Program-made: the position numbers and the translations under genes | Notes under the pieces: generated by a model | Databases searched by the model: none | Seen by the model: only the letters and a program-made list of their open reading frames with translations | What the model was told of the DNA's origin: nothing | Part shown: positions 23,957-33,512 of the stretch, piece after piece | How the letters are laid out: every line of letters starts with the position of its first letter | Position numbering within the stretch: the stretch's first letter is position 1 | From: Patescibacteria group bacterium | GTDB taxonomy: Bacteria > Patescibacteriota > Microgenomatia > UBA1400 > PJMF01 | Reading direction: 5' to 3' | NCBI GenBank assembly: GCA_045541795.1 | Contig: JAZQJV010000018.1 | Coordinates: 118,236 to 182,235 of the forward strand | DNA length: 64,000 nt

Positions 23957-26050
23957 TTATGGCTTATTTTTGGTTTTGACCGCTGATTTGCTTTTTAGCG
24001 CAAATAGTAAACTGAGCACGCACTCCTTAATGCTTGGCCGATGATAGGCACGAGCACACACATTTTTTTTATCAAATGTCAGCCGTCGAAACGTAAAATG
24101 ACGTTCGCGTTCCAATAAAAAACGTAAAATTTTCTCGCTGGCCACTCCGGCGGCCACATATGCAGTACTGCCGAGCTGCGGCATCGCGACGCCAAAAGGA
24201 GTAATTTTTTGTCCTCGCACATACAAACCCATTTCATCACGCACGGCATTTTCTAGTCCCACCATCCGTGCTGCCACTTGCAAAAAATCACCTGAGAGCA
24301 TAGCTTGGAGTTTATCGTCACCAAGCCCAAACACCAGCGACTCACCACGCTTAGCGGCATCACTATTTTGGAAGGTAAGCTGAGCGATAGAGCCTACGTC
24401 AGATACCGCCACCACCGCCACGTTTTCTTTCCGGGCAATTTCGAGAATCGCCAATTTATCTTTGAGCGTATCTATCGCTTCTACCACTACGTCCACTTTT
24501 TGACCGGTAATGCCACCGGTCAGCCAGACAGTAAGGTTTTCTCGGTGAAAGCCATCGGCAGATAAATAAATGATTTGCGTGGGGTCTTGACGATGCAGAC
24601 GTCTGGCAAAATCCACACTTTTGGTGTCATGACTGGCGGCATCCAAAACGTCATAATTGGTGCGGTTAAAATTGGTAACATTTGGTCCTTTGGGATCACC
24701 GATACTTAGGTATCCGATCCGGCCGTCGCGGATCAAGTTTTCTGCCGTGGCGCTAGCCACACTTGCTCCGGCCACCAGTACGTGGGCCCGTGCAAAAATC
24801 AAACGAGCCTCCAGCCAAGAAATCGAGTAGGCACGGTCTTGTAGCAGCTGACCTGGGCTGGAGTTGAGTGCCAATTTCCAGGCCGGCAAAGGAGGGAATT
24901 GTACAACTGCTTCCAGTTGTCCGGTACGCGTAAAATAAAAGCCAAAAAACCCGTAATTCATTTTGTCGGTCAAATGCTCCCAAGCACTAAATTGCTCCGC
25001 TAAATATCGTGCCACCGGACCTTTGTCTGTAGAGAGGTTCTCTTTGAGTTTAGCGTAAGTACTCTCGACTAAAGTATAAAACTTGCCGCCTACATTTTCA
25101 AAAGTTTGCCCGGCAAAATTGACACTTAAATGCTGATCGCTCAGATCAAAAATCCGCGCGCTGGCTACTTCTTCCCATGACATCAAAATCGGACGTCCGG
25201 GATAAAAAGTGGCTGGATGAGCGAGTTTGTCTCGTACAAAGCTCAAATTCCATTCGTTGGTAATCAGCTCCTGCCAGATGTACTCGTCGCCAGCTGACGG
25301 CATATTAGTTGTATTTTCGCCTTGATTTTCGGTTTTATTTATACGGTCACTGCGTAAAGCAATTTCGTATGGTCTGCAGTTGTGGAAGTATCGCGGCCAA
25401 TGTGCCAGCATAAATCTCGTCTGCTCGTTGTCTGCAAGTTTGGCCTGCGCCATTTCCCGAGCCTCAATCCCGCACCGATCCATAAATGCTTTCACATTGG
25501 TGCTCATCGTGCAAGCCAACCATGATTTGGGCATATCTAAGTCTGCTGTTAAAGTCTGCACGAGACCATGTAAAATCTGGATTCTTAGCTCGTCATCATG
25601 AGTGAGGTCAAAATAAGGATGAAAGGCCAGTCGTTCAAATTCATAAGGTACTTGCCCGGTTTTTTGGTACGGCCAGCCGTCAGGCATTGTAAAAAACTGG
25701 AAGAGTTCAAGCCTCTCGTGCACTAGTCGTAGTGTCCCCAAAATTACACCTTGGCTGCAAGCAACTGCCGTTTTGATGTGGGCGTCACTGCCTGTTTCGT
25801 TAAAAGTCATGCGTTTGGGATCACTATTTGTCGCATAGCGGCCATTGTAAGCGACGCTTATAAGCGGTTGCAATAAAATGTAATCTGCGGGTTGGGCCAA
25901 ACGGTAAGAAATTCCCGCTTGCGCAAACGAGTTTTTTAAATTGCCCAAATTGCTAATTAAAGCCGCCGCATCCGCTAAAACTGCCTCGTCACTAGTGTGC
26001 TGTTTTAGCTTATTTAGATATAGTTGAGTGGTAGTTGGTGCAAAATTCAT
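23957..26050 (-). CDS. fusion protein: N-terminal FeeM/OlsB/LuxI-like N-acyltransferase-like domain + central unknown region + C-terminal ThiF/E1-like domain
   Basis: The N-terminus has DAHIKTAVACSQGVILGTLRLV...YEFERLAFHP, an acyl-N-acyltransferase-like pattern. The C-terminus has HVLVAGASVASATAENLIRDGRIGYLSIGDPKGPNVTNFNRT...VVEAIDTLKDKLAILEIARKENVAVVAVSDVG, a ThiF-type Rossmann pattern with a degenerate glycine loop. The start is set at the ATG at 26050 (MNFAPTTT). Confidence 0.55.
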   Translation of the reverse strand: MNFAPTTTQLYLNKLKQHTSDEAVLADAAALISNLGNLKNSFAQAGISYRLAQPADYILLQPLISVAYNGRYATNSDPKRMTFNETGSDAHIKTAVACSQGVILGTLRLVHERLELFQFFTMPDGWPYQKTGQVPYEFERLAFHPYFDLTHDDELRIQILHGLVQTLTADLDMPKSWLACTMSTNVKAFMDRCGIEAREMAQAKLADNEQTRFMLAHWPRYFHNCRPYEIALRSDRINKTENQGENTTNMPSAGDEYIWQELITNEWNLSFVRDKLAHPATFYPGRPILMSWEEVASARIFDLSDQHLSVNFAGQTFENVGGKFYTLVESTYAKLKENLSTDKGPVARYLAEQFSAWEHLTDKMNYGFFGFYFTRTGQLEAVVQFPPLPAWKLALNSSPGQLLQDRAYSISWLEARLIFARAHVLVAGASVASATAENLIRDGRIGYLSIGDPKGPNVTNFNRTNYDVLDAASHDTKSVDFARRLHRQDPTQIIYLSADGFHRENLTVWLTGGITGQKVDVVVEAIDTLKDKLAILEIARKENVAVVAVSDVGSIAQLTFQNSDAAKRGESLVFGLGDDKLQAMLSGDFLQVAARMVGLENAVRDEMGLYVRGQKITPFGVAMPQLGSTAYVAAGVASEKILRFLLERERHFTFRRLTFDKKNVCARAYHRPSIKECVLSLLFALKSKSAVKTKNKP

Positions 26051-26126
26051 ATTTGACTTTCTGTAAAATTTGTAGTACAACATTAACAATCATAAATTAG
26101 TGATGATTATAAACGAGGAACGTTAT

Positions 26127-27791
26127 ATGTCAAGGACTAAATATGAATTTGAATTATATCAGGCTGAGCCGATGGCCGACCTGAGAGAAGTTATTAATTA
26201 TGCCGCCCAAAGTTACGCCGATAAACCGGCGTTTATTTTTCAGCAGCACCTTGAGGATGAGCCAGAAAAGATCACTTTTGCTCAGTATCGGCAAGATATT
26301 AAAGAAGTCGCCTGCGGGTTGATTAGCGCGCTCCGGATTGACGTTAGTCGTCGTGACAGCAAAAAAATCGCACTGCTTGCGCCTAATAGTTACTGGTGGT
26401 CAGTCTGCTACCTGGCCGTCACTACCATCGGTCATGTCATCGTGCCTCTAGATCCTAATTTGCCTAGTGATGATTTACTATCATTTATGAAGCGCGCGGG
26501 AGTAAGTTCGGTCATTTTCACGCCTACTATCAATGATAAAATTGCCAGCCTTAAAAATTCTTTGGTCAAAATGAAGCATTACATCGCCATGGGCGAAGCC
26601 AGTGAGGCCACAATTACACTAGAAAAAGTGCGCGCTGCCGGCATCAAGCAACTGCAAAAAAATCCGGGTCTTTATGATGAGATCACTATTTTCCCAGATA
26701 GCCTGTCGACTTTGCTTTTTACCTCTGGTACCACTTCTACACCCAAAGCAGTAATGCTCACTCACAAAAACCTCGCCTCAGAGTTGGCTGGTATGCGCCA
26801 GTTTAACGACTTCCAAAACGAACGCCTACTTTCGGTACTTCCACTTTACCACTCGTATGAGTTTATGGTAGGGTTACTTTTCCCGATCTACTGCGGCTGC
26901 ACTATTTACTATTTGCCGGGCGGCTTGCGCGCTTTCACCGATCAACTCGAGCGTGTTCGGCCGACAGTGATGGTCTTAGTACCTTTGGTGATCGAGGAAG
27001 CCTACCGCCGGGTACGAGCAAGTTTGGATGATCCCGAAGATCACGAGGCCTTGGCGGCAGCCCTAAAAAATTACTACGGCGGACAACTGACGAGAATCAT
27101 TGATGGCGGCGCGCCTATCAATAGTGACATCGCCGAGATTTACGACCGCTCCGGCATCAAGCTCCTGCAAGGCTACGGCATCACGGAATGCTCACCAGTA
27201 GTTTCCATGAATCCAGACCGCTATTACAAACCACGCAGTATCGGTATGCCGTTGCCCAATATCCGGGTGAAGATTTTTGAGCCCGATAGTGAGGGAGTGG
27301 GGGAAGTCATCGTGCGCGGGCTCACAGTCATGCTTGGCTACTATAAAGATGAGCGCAAAACTGATCAAGCCATCATTGACAATTGGTTGCACACGGGTGA
27401 TTATGGCCGCTTCGATGAAGATGGTTTTCTCTATGTGGTGGGGCGCAAAAAAAACGTTATCATCGGTAAAAACGCCAAGAAAATCTACCCGGAAGAAGTA
27501 GAATATCATCTCACCTGCTGCCCGGAAATTCGTGAGGCGATGGTTTACGGTCAGGCAGTAGATGATGATACCAAAGTCGCGGCTTTACTGGTGATTGACG
27601 AGGATAATTTCCGCCGTTACCACAGCGAACTCGGCTCTAAGCCGACACCTGAACAAATCCAAAAAGTGATGGCGGGAGTAATTGAAGCTGTCAACCAGGC
27701 GAATGTCAAATACAAGCGCATCTATAATTGGCAGATTGTCACCGCCTTACCGCGGACAGCAACAGGTAAAATAAAAAGGAATCAAGTTTGA
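26127..27791 (+). CDS. AMP-dependent synthetase/ligase (long-chain acyl-CoA/acyl-AMP ligase, FadD-like)
   Basis: TSGTTSTPKAVMLTHKNL, QGYGITE, TGDYG..DEDGFLYVVGRKK and a terminal GKIKR. The ATG at 26127 follows GAGGA. Confidence 0.85.
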   Translation: MSRTKYEFELYQAEPMADLREVINYAAQSYADKPAFIFQQHLEDEPEKITFAQYRQDIKEVACGLISALRIDVSRRDSKKIALLAPNSYWWSVCYLAVTTIGHVIVPLDPNLPSDDLLSFMKRAGVSSVIFTPTINDKIASLKNSLVKMKHYIAMGEASEATITLEKVRAAGIKQLQKNPGLYDEITIFPDSLSTLLFTSGTTSTPKAVMLTHKNLASELAGMRQFNDFQNERLLSVLPLYHSYEFMVGLLFPIYCGCTIYYLPGGLRAFTDQLERVRPTVMVLVPLVIEEAYRRVRASLDDPEDHEALAAALKNYYGGQLTRIIDGGAPINSDIAEIYDRSGIKLLQGYGITECSPVVSMNPDRYYKPRSIGMPLPNIRVKIFEPDSEGVGEVIVRGLTVMLGYYKDERKTDQAIIDNWLHTGDYGRFDEDGFLYVVGRKKNVIIGKNAKKIYPEEVEYHLTCCPEIREAMVYGQAVDDDTKVAALLVIDEDNFRRYHSELGSKPTPEQIQKVMAGVIEAVNQANVKYKRIYNWQIVTALPRTATGKIKRNQV

Positions 27792-27847
27792 GCTTGCATT
27801 TTGCGCGCAAACGTTATATAATATTAAAAAGTTGTCTGAAAGGGGTT

Positions 27848-28243
27848 ATGTCAGATAATGCAAAAAAAATCTTACTCGTAGAAGATGAAACAGAACTGCG
27901 AGAGCTATACAAAATCCTCTTACAAGGGGAGAATTATCAGGTAGATGCTGTCGGTGACGGCAAAGCCGGACTGGAAGCAATGAGTCGCGGCGGCTATGAT
28001 TTGGTCCTTTTGGATATCATGCTGCCATTCATTGACGGACTAGATGTGCTTGAGCGCAATGCTAAATCGGATATTGCTACCAAGCAGCCCAATAAATCCG
28101 TGGTTTTGCTTACCAATTTGGCTCAAGACCAGACCATTGCCAAGGGGCTGGAGTACGGCGTGCGTGGTTACATGATCAAAAGTGACTACAACCCAGAACA
28201 GCTATTGGAAGCGGTCGCTGATTTCATCGCCAATCCGGCTTAG
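27848..28243 (+). CDS. stand-alone response-regulator receiver domain (CheY-like)
   Basis: KKILLVEDE...DLVLLDIMLPFIDGLDVL...LLTNL....GYMIK. No output domain, and no histidine kinase in the window. Confidence 0.8.
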   Translation: MSDNAKKILLVEDETELRELYKILLQGENYQVDAVGDGKAGLEAMSRGGYDLVLLDIMLPFIDGLDVLERNAKSDIATKQPNKSVVLLTNLAQDQTIAKGLEYGVRGYMIKSDYNPEQLLEAVADFIANPA

Positions 28244-28250
28244 GTGCCGT

Positions 28251-28631
28251 TTACATCCCATCTACCAATGTGGGGACACTGATGCCACTAGCATCTGTGC
28301 CGAAGGCCACCGTCAGGACGAGCTGGAAAACGGCCCAGGTGCATGCCAACACTAAAATACCGATAATGGCGGCTAAAATCTGATTACGGGCGTCTTCGAC
28401 TTTACCCTTATCGCCGCCAGAAGCGATCCAGTGAATGGCGCCCATGATGAGGTGATAAAGAGTTAGTAAAGCCGCTACCATGATAGTGAGCGTAAACACG
28501 TTATGCAAAAGCGAGCCAGCACTGGGGTTGATTTTCAGACCGCCGACGCCATTGGGATCGAGATCGTTGAGATTAAAAACCCCCGCCGAAAACAGCGGAA
28601 TACTTGCCAGTTGACCGTACTTTTTATTCAT
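28251..28631 (-). CDS. small TrbC/VirB2-like (CPR T4SS-pilin-type) membrane protein, paralog 1
   Basis: Two hydrophobic helices flank an I.SGGD.GK.E.A...I loop (HWIASGGDKGKVEDARNQILAAIIGILVL). Same architecture as 40090-40563. Confidence 0.55.
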   Translation of the reverse strand: MNKKYGQLASIPLFSAGVFNLNDLDPNGVGGLKINPSAGSLLHNVFTLTIMVAALLTLYHLIMGAIHWIASGGDKGKVEDARNQILAAIIGILVLACTWAVFQLVLTVAFGTDASGISVPTLVDGM

Positions 28632-28655
28632 TTACACTTTCTAACAATAAGTACT

Positions 28656-28684
28656 ATTATATACCCATTTGATCATTTTGTCAA
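28656..28684 (-). promoter_or_regulatory. consensus promoter of the pilin-like gene
   Basis: On the minus strand: TTGACA (28684-28679), 17-nt spacer, TATAAT (28661-28656). Confidence 0.6.
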
Positions 28685-28880
28685 GAGGGGAAACGCATTC
28701 CGCTGTCACCAAGATTATCGGAACTGTATCCCATCTAGTAAATACGGATTGGCTGGCGCCGTGGCTTCATCAGCCGTCAGATTAAAACGTTTCACCGTAT
28801 TCCATAAAAGATATAGTTTGTCAAAGGTGAATGCAACTGCCACCCACATTGTCATCCAAGCGTGATATAATAAGATGTAG

Positions 28881-29546
28881 ATGCAAAAAATTTGGCAAGC
28901 AATTGGTGATTTTTTGGTAGGGTTGATCTATCCACCTTTTTGCGTACGTTGCGGGCAAATCGGCACTCTTTTTTGCGATCGCTGCTATACTCATCTCAAT
29001 TTCATCACCACCAAAAACCTAGTGCCATCACTTTTTCGTGACGAAAAAAACCCGGTGTATCTGGAAAATGTGACAGCCCTGTGCGTCTACGACGCTGTAC
29101 TGAAAAAAGTTTTACATCAATACAAATACGGCGGCGTGCGCGATCTTTTCCGGTCATTGGCTTACTGGCTTTATGAATTTACATCCTGGGACGCAGACAT
29201 TATCACTTACATTCCCATTCATAAAAAAAGGAAAGTGGAGCGCGGCTATAATCAAGCCCAACTTCTAGCACAGGAATTGTCGCGCTTGTCCGGCATTCCT
29301 TGCGTCAGCCTGCTCGCTCGTCCCGTCTACAAACAAAAGCAAGCCTTAAGCAAAAATAAAGCCGAGCGTCTTGCCAAAACTAAAAACATTTTTGCCGCCC
29401 GCGAAAATGACCTCGATCGTCGTCTTAGAGTTCTAATAATTGATGACGTAGTCACTTCTGGCGCTACTCTCAATGAAGCGGCGCGGATTCTGCATGATGC
29501 CGGTTTCCAGCACATCCAAGCCTTGGCAGTAGCGCATGGAGATTGA
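28881..29546 (+). CDS. comFC: ComF family phosphoribosyltransferase-domain protein
   Basis: N-terminal Cys4 (CVRCG...CDRC), YKYGG, RGYNQA and LIIDDVVTSGATLNEAA. Confidence 0.85.
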   Translation: MQKIWQAIGDFLVGLIYPPFCVRCGQIGTLFCDRCYTHLNFITTKNLVPSLFRDEKNPVYLENVTALCVYDAVLKKVLHQYKYGGVRDLFRSLAYWLYEFTSWDADIITYIPIHKKRKVERGYNQAQLLAQELSRLSGIPCVSLLARPVYKQKQALSKNKAERLAKTKNIFAARENDLDRRLRVLIIDDVVTSGATLNEAARILHDAGFQHIQALAVAHGD

Positions 29547-29547
29547 T

Positions 29548-31344
29548 ATGTCAGAGATTCAAGACATCAAAGATCGGGTGGTTTTAAGTGAAATTATAGG
29601 CCGTCACGTCAAGCTTACTCCGGCTGGCACTTACCTCAAGGGCCTTTGCCCTTTTCACCATGAAAAATCTCCTAGCTTCCACGTCAACGACCAGCTCGGC
29701 TTTTATAAGTGTTTTGGTTGCGGTGAGGGAGGGGATGTCTTTAATTTCCTGGAAAAATACGAAGGTATGACTTTCCGCGAAGCACTAGAGTATTTGGCAG
29801 AAATGACCGGCGTCCAGCTTGTCAACCGTCAAAGCTCGCCCGAAGACAAACTGCGCGAACGCGTCCTTAAATGCCTAGAGGAAGCCGCTAACTGGTATCA
29901 AAAAAACCTCTCTGAGCCGGTAGGTGAGCAAGCCCGAAAATATCTGCAAACGCGCGGTACTAGTAGCACACTGATCAAAGATTTCAAACTCGGTGCCGCT
30001 CCTGATGATTGGCAAGCACTCTGTACTTTCTTGCGCCGTCAAAAATTTAGTGATGAAGAAATTGTCGCCGCCGGCCTTGCTAGGAAAAAAGATACTGGCC
30101 GGATTTACGATGCTTTCCGTGGTCGGCTGATGTTTCCACTGCGCAACCATCGTGGTCAGGTAGTTGGTTTTTCCGGTCGTCAGCTCGTCACCAATCCCAA
30201 CGAAGGTAAATACATCAATACCCCAGAAACTATGGTCTATCACAAAGGCAAAATGTTATACGGTCTTTATGAACATGCGGGGCCGATCCGCAAAAATAAG
30301 ACCATGCTGATCGTGGAGGGCGAGTTTGACATGCTGTCTAGTACTCAGGCTGGAGTGGACTTTGTCTGCGCGATCAAAGGCTCAGCGCTTACGGCCGATC
30401 ATGCCACACTAATATCCCGGTACACCAATAAAGTTTTGCTCTCGCTTGACAGCGATAATGCCGGCATTAATGCCACCAAAAAAGCCATCAAAGCGCTGCG
30501 TCCGCAAGGAGTAGAACTGCGCGTAGTAATGATAGAAGGCGGCAAAGACCCAGATGAGCTTGCCCGGAGTAATCCTGCCTCATGGCGTGAACAGGTCAAA
30601 AAAGCAGTGAGTGTTTATGAATTTTTCATTCAAGTCATCACGACCCAAAACGATATTCGTACGATCGACGGCCAAAAACACGTCCTCCAGGAACTCGGGC
30701 AAATTTTCCCGCTGATAGACAACCGCCTGGAGTACGAATTCTACCTCAAAAAAGTCGCCTCCATCCTCAATCAAGACCTCGAAGTGGTGCGCGCTGACAT
30801 CCAGCAATACGGCCAACTCTTGCCAAAAGATCCGCCATCATCTCCTAAGCTCCAGGCTCATCCCCCCAAAAAATCCTCTGGCACTCCCAAGCTCAAGCGT
30901 CAGGAGGCCTATGTCTGGTTTCTTTTCTTGCAATGTCTGGCTCGGAGCGAGCAAATTGCCGATGCTAGTACTTACGTCATTCATGCTGACTGGCAGACGC
31001 CGTTTTTGCGCCAACTTGCCAGTGCCTATCAGGATTATTATCAAAAAAATCCTCAAGCCACGCTCAAGGGTTTTCATCAATCACTACCAGAGGATTTCCA
31101 GGATAAAGTCGCACTTTTGAGCCTTAATCAAAATTTCCTCACGCTGGCGGGCAAAACCAATCTCCAGACAGAATGGCTCAAGCAATCAAAAGCTCATGAA
31201 CGCCTGGTGGCGACCCAAAAAATTGCCGTACTTGCGGCGGAAATCGCTGCCTTGGATAAAATTGATGACCCCACTCTGGAGCAAGAAAAACACAAAAATG
31301 AGCTCCTCCAACAGGTGGTCGAGCTGCGCAGATTTAAACTCTAA
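29548..31344 (+). CDS. dnaG: DNA primase
   Basis: CPFHHEKSPSFHVN...YKCFGCGEGGDVFNFL zinc finger, plus a Toprim region EGEFD...DSDNAG. The ATG at 29548 lies 7 nt after GGAG; the track start is 29536. Confidence 0.9.
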   Translation: MSEIQDIKDRVVLSEIIGRHVKLTPAGTYLKGLCPFHHEKSPSFHVNDQLGFYKCFGCGEGGDVFNFLEKYEGMTFREALEYLAEMTGVQLVNRQSSPEDKLRERVLKCLEEAANWYQKNLSEPVGEQARKYLQTRGTSSTLIKDFKLGAAPDDWQALCTFLRRQKFSDEEIVAAGLARKKDTGRIYDAFRGRLMFPLRNHRGQVVGFSGRQLVTNPNEGKYINTPETMVYHKGKMLYGLYEHAGPIRKNKTMLIVEGEFDMLSSTQAGVDFVCAIKGSALTADHATLISRYTNKVLLSLDSDNAGINATKKAIKALRPQGVELRVVMIEGGKDPDELARSNPASWREQVKKAVSVYEFFIQVITTQNDIRTIDGQKHVLQELGQIFPLIDNRLEYEFYLKKVASILNQDLEVVRADIQQYGQLLPKDPPSSPKLQAHPPKKSSGTPKLKRQEAYVWFLFLQCLARSEQIADASTYVIHADWQTPFLRQLASAYQDYYQKNPQATLKGFHQSLPEDFQDKVALLSLNQNFLTLAGKTNLQTEWLKQSKAHERLVATQKIAVLAAEIAALDKIDDPTLEQEKHKNELLQQVVELRRFKL

Positions 31345-31389
31345 AAAATTGCCAGCCAAACTGCCCAAAAGTGTGATATAATATAGCAT

Positions 31390-31632
31390 ATGCCAATTTT
31401 GAAAAACGCAAAAAAAGCTTTACGTAGTAGTGAACGCAAACGGGTCATCAACCGCCGCGTCAAAACCCAAGTGAAGACTTTCATGGACAAAGTCAAAAAA
31501 TCTGGTTTGGCCGCTGATGGCAATGCTGCTTATTCCGCTATTGATAAAGCCGTCAAGAAAAACTTGATCCATCACAATAAAGCTGCCAGGCTTAAAGCCC
31601 ACGTCGCCAAGGCCATCAAAGCCAGCAAGTGA
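31390..31632 (+). CDS. rpsT: 30S ribosomal protein S20
   Basis: MPILKNAKKALRSSERKRVINRRVKTQVKT. TGaTATAAT (31374-31382) lies 7 nt before the ATG. Confidence 0.9.
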   Translation: MPILKNAKKALRSSERKRVINRRVKTQVKTFMDKVKKSGLAADGNAAYSAIDKAVKKNLIHHNKAARLKAHVAKAIKASK

Positions 31633-31672
31633 GCCCTGTCCTGCTTGCCTGATACAGCCAGAAAGGTGTGGT

Positions 31673-33496
31673 ATGAACTCTGATACTTTACCAGTGTCTA
31701 GTGATAAGATCCGCAACTTTTCTATAATTGCTCATATTGATCACGGCAAGACCACGCTGACCGATCGTCTTTTGGAGCTCACGGGCAACGTCACTCGGGG
31801 ACAGGCGGAGCGAGTCATGGATTCCAATCCCATCGAAAAGGAGCGCGGCATCACCATTAAATTAGCTCCGGTCAGGCTTAATTACCGCGGCTTTCAGCTC
31901 AATTTGATTGATACACCAGGGCATGTAGACTTTAATTACGAGGTTTCCCGGTCTCTGGCAGCCTGCGAAGGCGCGCTCCTCGTGGTGGACGCTACTCAGG
32001 GAGTGCAGGCTCAGACTCTTTCAAATTATTACAAAGCCGCCCGGCTCGGCCTCAAAATCATCCCCGTCATTAATAAAATCGATCTACCAGTGGCCGATGT
32101 GGAAAAAACCACGCTCGAACTGATGGAAGCCTTTGATTTTGCTCCCGAAGATGTGATCGCTGTCTCGGCCAAATCTGGCGTCGGCGTCGAGAAAATCTTA
32201 GACGCCATCATCCGGCAAATCCCGCCACCCTCAAGTAGTCAATACGCCGGAGCGCCGGATGATCCCGCTTGCGGCTCTATCATCACTGCCACTTTTGACC
32301 GCCATCGTGGTGCTGTCGCTTATGTCCGCATGTACCAAGGACAAATCCATCATGATGACAAACTCATCTTCTTGGCCAACGGTCAGACCTGCCATCCGCT
32401 GGAAATTGGCTGCTTTTCGCCGTCAATGACGCCACTGTCGACACTAAGCGCCGGTGAGGTCGGCTATATTTGTACTGGTCTCAAAGACATCCGTCAGCTA
32501 GCCATCGGCGATAGTTTTACCACTTTTCCCGCTGATCCCGCCGTCCAGCCACTGCCGGGATTTAAAAAAGTCCAGCCAGTAGTCTTCATGGAAGTTTATC
32601 CTATTGATGCCGATCTTTTCCCGTCGCTCCAGGATGCCGTCATTAAACTTTCTTATCACGATGCCGCCCTCACTTATTCCACCACTCATTCCAACGCTTT
32701 GGGATCGGGGATCAAAGTGGGTTTTTTGGGAATTTTACATGCTGAGATCGTCCTTGAGCGCCTTAGTCAAGAATTTAATCTCGATCTGATCGCTACCGCG
32801 CCCACCGTGGATTATAAAGTAACTCTCACCACGGGTGAGCAGTTGCACGTCTTCACGCCTTCGGATCTACCGGATCCGTCGCAAATCGCCCAGATCGAAG
32901 AACCGATCGTCCGCCTCGAAATTTTCACGCCTGAGCTTTACGGCAGCGACATTATCCAATTTGTCCGTTCTCGGCGCGGCGAGCTGACCAGTAGCGAGTT
33001 TACCGCTGGCAACCTCAAAATTATTTTTAAGCTCCCCCTAAGCGAACTCATCACCGATTTTCACGATCAGCTCAAATCATTAAGTTCTGGTTTTGCTTCT
33101 CTTGAGTACGAACAAATTGGTTACCGGGCAGTAGACGCTGTCAAAGTCAGTATCCTTTTGGCCGGTGAGCCAGTGGAAGCCCTCAGTTTTATTGCCCTCG
33201 AGTCACAAGCAGAAGCCAAAGGTCGAGCAATGGTGGAAAAACTCAAAAAAGTTGTCCCGCGCCAGATGTTTGAAATCCCCATCCAAGCCGCCATCGGGGC
33301 CAAAGTTATCGCTCGCGAGACAATCAAAGCCTACCGCAAAGACGTGACAGCTAAACTTTACGGCGGCGACGTCACTAGGCGTCAAAAACTCCTCAAAAAG
33401 CAAGCTCGCGGCAAAAAACGGATGAAGCAATTTGGCAAAGTCAATCTCGATCAGGATGTATTTTTAAGCCTTTTGCGCCAAAACACGAATGAGTAG
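31673..33496 (+). CDS. lepA: elongation factor 4
   Basis: IRNFSIIAHIDHGKTTLTDRLL, DTPGHVDF, NKIDLP, and the C-terminal LepA-specific KAYRKDVTAKLYGGDVTRRQKLLKKQ. Confidence 0.95.
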   Translation: MNSDTLPVSSDKIRNFSIIAHIDHGKTTLTDRLLELTGNVTRGQAERVMDSNPIEKERGITIKLAPVRLNYRGFQLNLIDTPGHVDFNYEVSRSLAACEGALLVVDATQGVQAQTLSNYYKAARLGLKIIPVINKIDLPVADVEKTTLELMEAFDFAPEDVIAVSAKSGVGVEKILDAIIRQIPPPSSSQYAGAPDDPACGSIITATFDRHRGAVAYVRMYQGQIHHDDKLIFLANGQTCHPLEIGCFSPSMTPLSTLSAGEVGYICTGLKDIRQLAIGDSFTTFPADPAVQPLPGFKKVQPVVFMEVYPIDADLFPSLQDAVIKLSYHDAALTYSTTHSNALGSGIKVGFLGILHAEIVLERLSQEFNLDLIATAPTVDYKVTLTTGEQLHVFTPSDLPDPSQIAQIEEPIVRLEIFTPELYGSDIIQFVRSRRGELTSSEFTAGNLKIIFKLPLSELITDFHDQLKSLSSGFASLEYEQIGYRAVDAVKVSILLAGEPVEALSFIALESQAEAKGRAMVEKLKKVVPRQMFEIPIQAAIGAKVIARETIKAYRKDVTAKLYGGDVTRRQKLLKKQARGKKRMKQFGKVNLDQDVFLSLLRQNTNE

Positions 33497-33512
33497 ATGA
33501 TATAATAGTACC

